Shown: positions 52,382-64,000 of the stretch, piece after piece
How the letters are laid out: each line of letters starts with the position of its first letter
Numbering within the stretch: position 1 is the first letter of the stretch
Source of the DNA: Octopus vulgaris
Taxonomy: Eukaryota
DNA: 64,000 nt
Direction of reading: 5' to 3'
NCBI GenBank assembly: GCA_951406725.2
Contig: OX597814.1
Span: 185,070,001 to 185,134,000, forward strand
Translations under genes and position numbers: made by a program
The notes under the pieces: model-generated
What the model was told of the DNA's origin: nothing
Database searches by the model: none
What the model saw: only the letters and a program-made list of their open reading frames with translations

Positions 52382-53337
52382 TAGATAAAACTTAGATATG
52401 TTTCAGCCAAAGATTGGTCCAGGCCATGTCTAACTTAATAGCACCACCTGATAGGATTATTCGAATCCTGTTTAAGTCAAGTATTGTTTAAGTCAAGTTT
52501 TGTTCAAGTAGTGAGTTCTTGTTGGGTGAGTTGTATCAAGTTTTGTTCAAGTAGTGAGTTCTTGTTGGGTGAGTTGTATCCAATTATGGGTGGCTTATCT
52601 GGCATTCTTTGAAGGGATCTATCCAGACTCCGTTTAAAGTTGATGGGATCCTTTTCCTCTTTGATCTCCCTCGGGACAATGTTAAATAGGGCAGGGCCTG
52701 TTGAGGAAAAGAAATTATGTTGCAGTGTACAGGTATGTTGTGATCTTGAATTGGGCAGGGGATGTATGGCCCGTGGTCCCAGTCTTGGATGAACCTTGAA
52801 GGTAATGTTAAGGTCGTTTGGGCAAAGTTGGCGGTATATTCTCCACATCGTACAAATGATGTACCGCTCACGGCGACGCTGGAGGGAGTAAAGTTTCAAG
52901 GCTTTAAGGCGATCCCAATAATCGAGAGCAGCCATGCCTTCAATTCGTTTAGTGAGTGCCCTCTGGGGTGACTCAATTCTGGAGATGTTTTGTCTTGTAT
53001 AGGGAGACCACAGTGGGCAGCAGTATTCAAGGTGTGGCCGTACAAAGGAGGAAAAAAGTGGTATGATGACACCTTGTTCTCTGGACCGGTAAGTTCTTAA
53101 GATTCAGGAACTCATCCTACGAGCTATATCGACCTTCTTGTTGATGTGTGCACTCCAACTGAGATCGTCATCAACAATTACACCCAGGTCTCTAATATTG
53201 TTAGAGGCTGTGAGCGGTTCCCCTGAAGGAAGAGAGTATGGTTGTTTTAGTGAGGAATTTCTTCCAAAATGCATCAGCTCAAATTTTCCCTCATTCAGTT
53301 GCATTTTGTTTCTGTCTGCCCATTGACTCACAGTTGA
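52377..53337 (-). mobile_element. 5'-truncated CR1-clade LINE
   Basis: WADRNKMQLNEGKFELMHFG…RDLGVIVDDDLSWSAHI…VRPHLEYCCPLWSPY…YWDRLKALKLYSLQRRRER…FKRSLD; 43-bp tandem duplication near the stop; (ATCTAAGTTTT)n tail; (TA)n on both sides. Confidence 0.92.
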
Positions 53338-53399
<62 letters not shown>

Positions 53400-53769
53400 C
53401 ACTCTGTCTATCTCTCTCCTTCTCTTGTTCTTCATCCTTTCTGGTTTTCTCTCCCGCCCTTCCCTATTCTTCCCCTCCCCCTTCACCGCTTCCTCCTTCT
53501 TACTCCTCCTCCTCGACTCTCTCGTCACTGACACGTGATCAGAGGGAAGCCATCTTTCCAACTGCTATCTTCACCAAGACCAGACCGGCTTATCCTGTCT
53601 CTTTCATAAGCTGTCTCTTTAAGCGTTCACAATAATTTTTCTATCGTCTTGGCTTAACAACCCTCATCGTTTGTTTTTACTGTTTTGTTCTCAATGTTCT
53701 GTCTTTTACTGTTTTTGCTTTTTTATTGTTTTTACTGTTTTTGCTTTTTTATTGTTTTTACTGTTTTGT

Positions 53770-55050
53770 TCTTACTGTCCTGTTCTTGTTATCACTTTTA
53801 CCCTCCACAAAAAATCCCAAATTCTATTTAATTTGCTTTGCGGGAAGGATTGTTTCAACTGAGTCGCGTCTTGTCCTTGCCTTCGAAAAAGCGGAGTATA
53901 TGAAACAGGGACAACTGAAGAAGGGGAATATTCCTAGTGTTATATATCTTGTACTCTGGGTTTCTTTTTTTTCGTTGTTTGAAAAAAGTTTGTTTCTATG
54001 TTTTTGTTTTTATGTTTTGGTTTCTCATTGTGTTCCACGAGTTTTTGATGTCCTGTACCCATATATGCATGAAAATATACATATATATGTAGGTATGTAC
54101 ATATATGTATGTATATATGTATATATGCATATATTTATATATTATTTATTATATATATATATTGAAATTAATAAAGATTTGGAGAACAAAGACTTGTACA
54201 TTCAAGTTTTATTTTACAGTTAGTCACATCTTTCTTCGTCAAACGCACGTTTCCACTGCAAGGCTATGCACACTGTTAAATGTGCATTTTGGTGTTAATT
54301 ATTGGTGCAGCTGCATCCTGTTCTACCGGGTCGGATATCATCTGAAGAGAGTATAAGCTTGACTAAAATTATTCTCTAATGCGGTATTAACGTTACTAAA
54401 AATATAAAGATAGTAAATCTCTATCCTCCTGATCGTCATTAATTCCAATAGATTATTTTTTCACTACGGACACTATACAGTCCTTCAAAAGACATTTAGA
54501 TTTACCAAATGATGATTAACCGAGTATAGCAAATTTTAACTAATTGAAGTCTATCTACATTCACTCTGGTTGGTTAGCTAGCATTAATAACTGATAAGAA
54601 CAAACACGGTGTCCGCGAGATTAATATATTCCTCTTAGCCAGTTTTGAAAATTTGCATTTCGGTATATATATATTTTATATATATTCTTGTTCTCACTGT
54701 CCTGTTCTTGTTACCACTTTCGTCCTCCGCAAAAAATCCCAAATTTTATCTAATGTGCTTTGCGGGAAGGACTGTTTCAACGAAGTCGCGTATGGTCCTT
54801 GCCTTCGACCAGCGGAGTAGATGAAACAGGGACAATTGAAGAAGGGGAATATTCTTTATGTTGCATATCTTGTTTCTCTGCTTGTTTGTTTTTTTCGTTG
54901 TTCGAAAAAAAGTTCGTTTTCTGTTTTTGTTTGTATGTTTTTGTTTCTCATTGTGTTCAACGTTTTAAGATGTACTGTACCCATATATGCATGTATATAT
55001 GCATATATATGTAGGGATGTACATATATGTATATATGCATATATTTATAT
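53770..55050 (+). repeat. Direct duplication of a ~350-bp repeat (53770-54130 and 54695-55050)
   Basis: CTGTCCTGTTCTTGTTA…AAAAAATCCCAAATT…GAAACAGGGACAA.TGAAGAAGGGGAATATTC…CTGTACCCATATATGCATG occurs twice; 3' end related to 9.55-9.7k and 22.8k. Confidence 0.85.
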
Positions 55051-55053
55051 TAT

Positions 55054-55107
<54 letters not shown>

Positions 55108-55807
55108 GAAAAGGTAAAATAAGTTATGAAGTAGTAAACACATGCTGTCTAAGGGGCTGAGGTGCTGTATCACGTGCATGTCGAACAGAAAGTATAAATT
55201 CGAAAGTAAACCATTTTAGGAGAAAAATTCTTCCCTATCCATCTATGCATTCTTTAAGACCTAATATGCGAATGGCATTATATTCATTATTCTTCACGGC
55301 ACAGACATCATGGAACTTCCTGATCACTAAAAGTGTTATCCTGGTTTAACCAAAGCCAATGCCTTTGAGCATACGAGAACTACCAATCGTTCTTTATTAT
55401 GCTTTAATCTAACATGATGATGTCAAGTCTTGTGTAGCACATGCTACACTGAAATTTGCCAATATATTTCTATGTAAAGTTTTCCAGTAAATGCCACTTT
55501 CATGGTTGTTATATATTTTTCTCAGCTGTAATATTACATTCCTTGAAAAATTCCTAAAACGATACATTGCACGCCATAACTCCGTCTAAGCTAGTTGTTT
55601 CCTTTTCGACAAGTAATGTCCAATTTTCTCATTCCATGACTTTTTAAATCTGGCCGCCCAGCCATATAAGGAAATAATTCGGACTACATGATTCAATTCC
55701 TTTTCATAATTTCTTGCTCAAATTAAAATCATAACCGCTTATTTACGATACTGGCTTCAGTTAATTGCCGTGTGCAGTATTTTAAATAATTTTCGCATTT
55801 TGTCATA

Positions 55808-56160
55808 TTCTTTTTCTTGTTTCAGTCATTTGACTCTTTGTAAGCCTAGTACTTATTCTATCGATATCTTTTGCCGAATCGCTAGGTTGCAGGGACGTAA
55901 ACGCACCAACATTGGTTGTCGAGTGATGGTAGGAGGACAAACACAGACACACACACACGGACACACATACAAACACATACATACATATATATATATATAC
56001 ACGATGGGCAACTTTCAGTTTCCGTCTACCAAATCCACAAGGCTTTGGTCGGCCCGAGGTTATAGCAGGAGACACTTGCCCAAGGTGCCACGCAGTGGGA
56101 CTGAACCCGGAACCATGTGGTCGGGAAGAAAGCTTCTTTCTACACAGCCACGCTGCACCT
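55808..56160 (-). mobile_element. SINE family A
   Basis: Homology, with internal deletions. Confidence 0.8.
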
Positions 56161-56880
56161 ATGCAGACTTTTCTTATTTGTTATTTTAGCTTTAAGCTCA
56201 GAACACAGAGCAAAATCAAAAGACACTTATTTGTTATGAGTTCTTAACGTTATATGAATTCGACGTTGTTATATATTCCGCCATTAACACACTTCACTTA
56301 CGTTTCGTTCCGTTTTTGTTAAGATTTATCATTAAGTCTTAACGTTGTTTTCCTTTGTTTCCCCTTCTCGTTAACTTATACATCACGACAATATAGACTA
56401 AAGAGTAACTTCTTTAAAGTACACAGGACTACACAACTTTTACTTTATAAATGATGACAGCAGATGAGTGTGTTGCCATCAGTTGTTTTTACTGTACGAC
56501 AAAAGTGCCGTTAACTTGGGGCTTACTTTATTCTGGATGCCGTTATTCAAGAGTTTTACTCTAAACTAGAAAAGACGGACTATTAAACACTGCTGGATTT
56601 GAAACTGATGTATAAGTTATCTTATTTGATGCCTTAATTAACTTGAACAAGTCTTGAACCTTACGACAATTCATAAGAAGTTTTGTTTCCCCACCGCATA
56701 GTTTTGGATTCAGTCTCACTGCGTGGCACCTAGGCCAAGTGTGTTCTGCTAGAGCCCCGGGGTCAACCAAAACCTTGTGAGTGGATTTGGTTGACGGAAA
56801 CAATGAAATCGTTGTGTCTGTATGTGTCTGTGTGTGTGTATGGAATACTTACTATAAAGCATTGTGTAGAATACATTGTT

Positions 56881-57191
56881 TAAAAGATCGTGGGTAAGAC
56901 CAAAACAATGCGAAATAAATGCAAGGTAAATCACAAGAAAACAAATATATAAATTAATGTAGACTTACATTGTACTCAATATTTCGGGGTTATGACCCCA
57001 TTTTCAAGAAATTGACGAATGTTGCCGAATGTTGCCACGCACATCGGCAACATTCGTCAATTTCTTGAAAATGGGGTCATAACCCCGAAATATTGAGTAC
57101 AATGTAAGTCTACATTAATTTATATATTTGTTTTCTTGTGATTTACCTTGCATTTATTTCGCATTGTTTTAGCCTTACTCACGATCTTTTA
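56881..57191. repeat. Near-perfect palindrome, 148-bp arms with 15-nt spacer
   Basis: 56881-57028 is the reverse complement of 57044-57191; the inner 127 bp show no mismatch by eye. Confidence 0.97.
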
Positions 57192-57378
57192 TGCGATATA
57201 TATATGTGTGTGTGTGTGTATGTATATGTATATATATATACATATATATATATATACATATACATATATAAATATACATATATATATGTGTATATATGTA
57301 TATATGTATATATATATATGTATATGTATATATATATATGTGTGTGTGTGTGTATGTATGCATGTATATATGTATATA

Positions 57379-57411
<33 letters not shown>

Positions 57412-58194
57412 ATAAACATATCTATCTATACGTGTATGTTGATACATATATATTAACACACACACATACACACCGCACACACATCTGTGTGTGTTTGTCC
57501 CACCACAACCGCTTTGACAACCAGTGTTGGTTTGTTTACGGTTCAGCAACCCAACGGTTCGGCTAAAAATATCGACAGAATGAGTACCAAATATTTTTTT
57601 CTAAGATAACAAAAGACAAGCAGTGGAATCGATTTATTTGTTCAACAAACCCGTCAAGTCAGTGTCTCGGCATGACCGCAATCCAATGACCTCAAACAAG
57701 TAAAAAAAAAAAATGCCTGTATTCAATAGACATTTTGACTGCTATTTCTAGCAAGTCAAGCAACCAACCACGTAGGGAGCCTCCTCAATGTCATTGTTTT
57801 ACGCAAAATAGTGCTGTGTTTGTGTGTAAGCCACTCGTGCATGTTGTATGCATTGTTTATGTGCAAGTGTCTTGTGTCTGTGTGCAGTATGCATGTTCCA
57901 TGAGACACATGTTTACGGGATGAAGGCAGCATTTTGTATGTGTGCATGTCTGTCTGCCCACATGCCGTATTCTGCTCTCCCTCCCTCTCTCTCTCTCTTT
58001 CTCTCTCTCTACCCTCTCTCTCTCTCTCACTCTCTCTCCCTCCCCACTGTCTCTGTCTCTCTCCCTCTCTTTCTCTGTATGAGTTTGTAGTTTTGTTGTA
58101 CCAACGCATGTCTTGCGTTGATATGTTTTTTTTTGCATGTATTTGTTGTGTCCGAGTATGTGTGTATATGTGTGTATGTGTGTTGGGTATTTAC

Positions 58195-58525
58195 AGACGT
58201 AATCATCGGTGTATGCGCCGGCACTGGCACTGGTTCTCCGTCGGTTACGACGACGAAGGTTCCAGTTGATCCGATCAACGGAACAGCCTGCTCGTGAAAT
58301 GAGCAGCCTGCTCGTTCAAGTGGTTGAGCCCTCCACGGACAAGTGTACCCTTAATACAGTGTGACACAGAGTGATAAGGCCAGTCCTTTTAAATACAAGG
58401 ACTACTCATTTTTGCCAGCTGAGTCGACTGGAGCAACGTGAAATAAATTATCTTGCTCAAGGACAAAATGCGTCGCCAGGAATTGAACTCACGACCTTGC
58501 GATAGTGAGCCGAATACCATAACCC
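58195..58525 (-). mobile_element. SINE family F variant
   Basis: CAGCTGAGTCGACTGGAGCAACGTGAAATAA…CTTGCTCAAGGACA…GAACTCACGACC matches 13.7k; the 3' half differs. Confidence 0.7.
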
Positions 58526-59404
58526 CTAAGTCAAGCGCCTTTACTGGGTATATGCACATCTTTGTAAACTATGTCTCTTTCTGTGTGTATGCATGTAAAA
58601 GCGTTGCCGTATCTGGTTCTGTTGGTCTGAGTATGTACATGGATGTGTGTGTGTGTCTGTGTGTGCGTGTCTGTATGTGTCTTTGCATTCGTTTGTGTAT
58701 GCATGCGTATATATATGATCTGTATGTGTGCGTGTTTTCGTGAATGTGTGCGTGCGAATCGGTGCTCGTCGTATTTTATGTAGATGTCAGTGTACATGTG
58801 CGCATGCGTGAGTTTTTTCATGAATGAGTATAGCCAGATGCAATTTGTCTCCTACTTTAACACAACTATATGTTCCATGGGTCCTGTTGACGAGGTCCAC
58901 TTGCTTCCTAGCATTTGGGACACGTCTTATGTCGGAGGGTAATTTTATCCCACCAGAACCTGAGCAATGACGAAGGGCATGAATGTAAGTTTGTCTCCTC
59001 AGATTAAGTCATGCAATAAAAAGAAGAAATAACTCCAAGAAGCCGAGAAAGAACCCTCTGCGTGGTCGCTTAACCATCCCTAAACTAGTAACCAAATCTG
59101 TCTCATATCACACACCTGCCATCTGAGAGAAGGAAATGTCGGATAACGTGGCCCTGAGATTCCTATACATAAAAAATCAAGACGGTCACAGTTGAATGTC
59201 TTTAATCGTGGATTACCTCAATCTATGATGATCTGCGGCTAGACAACATCAGTAGCTACCCGTTTTATACGAGTCAACAAGGAAGCATTTACGAGAAAGT
59301 TACATTGCTTGAAATACTTGTTAAATCTTTTTTCGAATCACATGCTCAACTACATGCTCAAAGTTGAGAAAGGGTGCATTAGATATATTTTGTTCTAGAT
59401 ACTA

Positions 59405-59567
59405 GACGCAGGAGTGGCTGTGTGGTAAGTAGCTTGCTTACCAACCACATGGTTCCGGGTTCAGTCTCACTGCGTGGCACCTTGGGCAAGTGTCTTCTAC
59501 TATAGCCTCGGGCCGAACAAAGCCTTGTGAGTAGATTTGGTAGGCGGAAACTGGAAGAAGCCCGTCA

Positions 59568-59602
<35 letters not shown>

Positions 59603-59850
59603 GTATATATATATATATATATATTTATGTGTGTGTGTGTGTGTGTGAGAGTGTGTGTGTGTGTATGTTTGTGTGTCTGTGTTTTTCCCCTCCCCCAACA
59701 TCGCTTGTCAACCGATTCTGGTGTGTTTACGTCCCCCTCACCTAGCGGCTCGGCAAGAGAGACCGATAGAATAAGTACTAGGCTTACAAAGAATATGTCC
59801 TGGGGTCGGTTTGCTCGACTAAAGGAGGTGCTCCAGCATGGCCGCAGTCA
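59405..59850 (+). mobile_element. SINE family A, full length
   Basis: Homology to family A. Confidence 0.9.
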
Positions 59851-60341
59851 AAAGAACAAAGAAAAAGAATACACGTAAAAGCATACGATGGCCATCGACG
59901 GAATGCATTCGATAAAAGATCTACTCCATCTACGACGAGCCGTCGCAAAACGATTGTATTTTGTTTCTTTTGTTTGTTCCATGTTTTGTTTTGTTTCGTT
60001 CTTTTATACAACATCGTAGGTCCACTTCAATCCGCGTAACTAACAGTAATACAAGAAAACAGGATATAGTTCCGTACCAACGTGATGAAAATTCAAGGTA
60101 GTGCCTATGAAGCAACATGATCAAGCGAATAGCAGAAACATAAGGTTTAAAGGTGGACTGATGCAAAATACACACTGTTCATAAATTATCTTCACAACTT
60201 CCACAATGTATTGTGTTATGTTGTCTATATCTATTGCGTGGAATCAATTGAGCCCTCGTGGAAGTGTTCTGATGTTTCTAATAAAAATTTATGTTGCAGT
60301 TCTATATTTATATACTCTTATATCCACTATGCCATATGCCC

Positions 60342-60585
60342 GGCATATGGCATAGTGGTTAAGAGCGCGGGCTACAAGCCCCAAGATATCGAGTTCGACT
60401 CTAAGCAGTGACCTGAACAACAATAATAATAATAATAATAACATCGAAAAATACCTTAGGAATGAGAACCCAGGTTCGAAATTTCCCCAAGGCATCTGAA
60501 GAAGTCTGGAGGGTATATCAGCCGAAACGGTGTGTTTACAACAAACAAGATGAGGACAAATATCCGTCGAATGTAAATAATGTAA
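60342..60585 (+). mobile_element. SINE family E (tRNA head, internal (AAT)n, hammerhead-like tail)
   Basis: A box TGGCATAGTGG, B box GAGTTCGACTC; CTGAAGA…CAGCC-GAAAC at 60496-60528. Confidence 0.75.
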
Positions 60586-61130
60586 AGAATTTATGTTTTC
60601 CAATGAAAATCTGCTGAGTTATCCTTATTTTCCGATTTTTTTTTTTCTGAAATTCCCAAATTTTAAAAGTAATTTGTGAATACCCTATAGTTTTACGTTT
60701 CGAACAATTTGCACTTCTTCAAAGAAGGGAGAGAAGTAAGAAAACAAAGAAGAAAAATAAGCAGAAATAAAGAATTGGATGCAAAAACAGGAAAAGAAAA
60801 AGAAATGCCTAAATGTTACGGGATTACCCCCACGTCCCCGAGAAATCGCAAACATATCCGAAATGTAAGAGACTCTTAGACTTTTCTCTTTCTACCAGCG
60901 TGCAACTATTTTACCAACTTTTGCACTTCCATTTTGGGGCAGTTTTTAAGATATAGTCCCTTTTTTTTTTTACAAACCAATGTAAGCTTTTACAAGGTTG
61001 CTCCATCTGTTAGAAATGGTGACCAAATTTCCCTCATATCATGTACTCTGCCATCTTAAAAAAAGTTCACATGAAATGATTTAATCTTGGTACCCGCTCC
61101 TAATAATGGAATATCGAAGGAGGGTCACGG

Positions 61131-61523
61131 TTACTCTTTTACTTATTTCAGTCATTTGACTGTGACCCCAGGACTTATTCTTTGTAAGCCTAGTACTAAT
61201 TCTCTCGGTCTTTTTGCCGAACCGCTAAGTTACGGGGACGTAAACACACCAGCATCGGTTGTCAAGCGATGTTGGAGGGACAAACACACACAAACATATA
61301 CACACACATACACACACACGCATATATATATATATATGTACACACACATATACATATATACGACAGGCTTCTTTCAGTTTCGGTCTACCACATCCATCCA
61401 CAAGGCTTTGGTCGGCCCGAGGCTATGGTAGAAGGCACTTGCCCAAGGTGCCTCGCAGTGAGACTGAACCCGGAACTGTGTGGTTCGTAAGCAACCTACT
61501 TACCACACAGCCATTCCTACGCC
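61131..61523 (-). mobile_element. SINE family A
   Basis: Homology to family A. Confidence 0.85.
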
Positions 61524-62479
61524 TACTGTTAGAATACTTTTGATCATAAATCCGCTCGACCACAGCTGACGTAGTACTGAGCAACAATAACAAAAACAAA
61601 AACAACAACAGATTCTAGATGTATTTCTCTCCAAGACAGAGAGACAGGTACTCCTTCCTGGCAAATTGAGAAACGCCGAATATTATTTGTTGCTATTTTG
61701 TCGTTGTTGCTCCTGCTGCTGCTTCTGTTGTTGTTGTTGTTGCCGCTGCTGCTGCAGTGGTTGTTCAGCTGCGATCAAGCAATCCCAAAACCAAAATTTA
61801 CCATCCGAAGCCATCCCCCGCTTTTTTCCCTCCACCTTTTTACATGTGCAGCAAATCCAAGACTTTATTAACAAAGGTGTCCTTTTTCTTTCAAAAAAAA
61901 AAAATAATAATAGTGAGGGGGCAGTCCGGTGAGATTGATGTAAGGGGAATACTACAGTGAATGGTGAGAGAGAATTCGATGGGATACGAAGAAGGGTAAG
62001 GATATACGGGCTTGTTATCCCCCCGCCACTCACCAGCCGAAAGTCATTAGGAAATACAGGAGAGGATAAAATGACAGCTATGTGTGGTGTTGCGTGTGTA
62101 TCTGCGGATGAGGCAATGTGCCTGTGTGTGTGCGTACGCGTGGGATGCGTGTGTGTATGTGTGTGTGTGCGTGCATGCAAGTGAGTGAGTGTGTGCTAGA
62201 GTAACTGCTGTGTGCGCCACTCTATGTGGATGACTGTGCGAATGTGTATGTGTGCAAAAGAGAGTGAGAGAGATTGAGACAGACAGATAGGCAGACAGAC
62301 AGACGGACTGACAGACAGACAGAGCGGCAGACAGGCAAACACATAGACAGACTGACAGAGATGCAGACAGGCTAGCTGACAAAAAAACAGACACAGTCAG
62401 ACAGACTGACAGGTAGATAGATACAGAGAAAGTATATGTGTGCAAAACTGCGTGCCAGAGTGTGCGTATATGTGTACAT

Positions 62480-62551
<72 letters not shown>

Positions 62552-62843
62552 ACGCGCGCGCATGTATTAGTGTGTATTTATTAAATGGTGTTTCCTGAAT
62601 GTATGTGTACGCATACGTACATACAGACACACACATATATACACACACATACACAGACACACACACACAAACGTGTTCTCGGAAGAGCACACTTTCTCAT
62701 GCTTAGGGGATGGCAGGGTAATCCAGGATTTTTGCGTGGGGCTTACTCCGAATTACCCAAAATGGACTGTCACACTATTGCGGGATCTAATTATTTATTT
62801 ATTAAGAATTTATTTCTCTAATTTCTATCACATATCTTCTGTA

Positions 62844-63042
62844 AGGCGACGAGCTGGCAGAAACGTTAGTACGCCGAGCGAAATACGTAGCCATATTTTG
62901 TCTGCCGCTACGTTCTGAGTTCAAATTCCGTCGAGGTCGACATTGCCTTTCATCCTTTCGGAGTCGATAAATTAAGCATCAGATGTGATCGACTCACCCC
63001 CACCCACAAATTTCAGGCCTTGTGTCTATAGTAGAAAGGATT
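62844..63042 (+). mobile_element. SINE family B (alternative tail)
   Basis: GGCGACGAGCTGGCAGAAACG…AAATTTCAGGCCTTGTGTCTATAGTAGAAAGGAT. Confidence 0.85.
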
Positions 63043-63321
63043 AAATATCTTTTGTTTTATCCCCTAATGTGGTAGTATCTCCCTTTGATCGACGTAAACC
63101 CCACCTATTTTTGTATTATTTGTTTTGTTTTGTTTTTGTTTTTCGTGTGCTGTATGTAACTCGCCCTTCGATATTGTCCACCATATCTTGGGCCTTTGTG
63201 GCCAATAAAAAGAAATCGATATGAATTCTTTAGTCGAGAGGAGGATGTTCTATCTATAGTCTTTGCAGGGCCTCACAAACTGGTAAATATGAGAAAGACG
63301 TGTGTTCGTGTGTGTGTGTTT

Positions 63322-63437
63322 TCCGGGTCCAGTCCTACCGCGTGATACATTGGGCAAGTGTCTTCTACAATGGCCTCGTGCCGATCAAAGCCTTGTGAGT
63401 GGATTTGGAAGACGGAAAATGAAAGAAGCCCGTCGTA

Positions 63438-63511
<74 letters not shown>

Positions 63512-63815
63512 CACACATATACACGCACACACACACACATATATATATATACATACACGCACACACATGTATGTATGTGTGTGTGTGTCTTTATGTTTGT
63601 GTTTGCTTCCTACCACCACTAGACAACCGGTCTTGGTGTGTTTACGTCCCCCGAAACTTAGTGGCTCGGCAAAAAGACAACGATAGAATACGTACCAGGC
63701 TTAAAAGAAAAAAACAACAAATAAGTGCTGGGTCGATTTGTTCGACAAAACCCTTCAAGGCGGTGCCACAGCATGGCCGCAACAACTGACTGAAACAAAA
63801 AGAAGAATAAAAGAA
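63322..63815 (+). mobile_element. SINE family A, head-truncated
   Basis: Homology to family A. Confidence 0.8.
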
Positions 63816-64000
63816 CAAAAGAATAAAAAAAATAAAGGAATTTGTGGTTGCTATTGTTTTTTTTCTGTTGCTGTTTAACCCAGAGTCAGCCGCGATAAAC
63901 CAAAATCAAATCTATTCCAAACATGGCCATCCCGTCGTTTTTCTAGGCAGTTCATGTTTTGGACTATACAATCCAATTCCCGCGTTTTTTTATTAAGACG

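Noticed and set aside
61683-61830. Poly-Q ORF segment MASDGKFWFWDCLIAAEQPLQQQ…
   Set aside because: Short (CTG/TTG)n repeat ending quickly in a stop; no recognisable domain or splice support.

Overview
This is AT-rich, repeat-saturated eukaryotic non-coding DNA. The SINE families and the extreme (TA)n/(CA)n/(TACA)n/(AAT)n load look like an Octopus/coleoid cephalopod genome; that is an inference from recalled repeat sequences, not a search. I recognise no host protein-coding gene, and almost all ORFs in the track are microsatellite artefacts. Retroelements: four tRNA-headed SINE families (labelled A, B, E, F here) and decayed non-LTR retrotransposon pieces (RTE, CR1, Tx1/L1, R4/Dong-like RLE, Penelope-like RT+GIY-YIG). 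DNA elements: mariner derivatives, a MITE, non-autonomous Helitrons (two composite copies apparently carrying a captured piggyBac-like 5' end), several 180-310 bp fold-back elements and a 3 x 171 bp tandem array. The most interesting signal is a dispersed set of minimal type-I hammerhead-ribozyme folds, several in short (TA)n-flanked elements; cores are intact at 26957-27034 and 15003-15134 and near-intact at 25289-25373 and 50219-50256. A tRNA-headed SINE also ends in a hammerhead-like tail. Also notable: an RTE whose ORF ends in three C2H2 zinc fingers, and SINE 3' tails matching CR1 and Tx1 3' ends present in the same window. All alignments and folds were done by eye, so boundaries of decayed elements are approximate.
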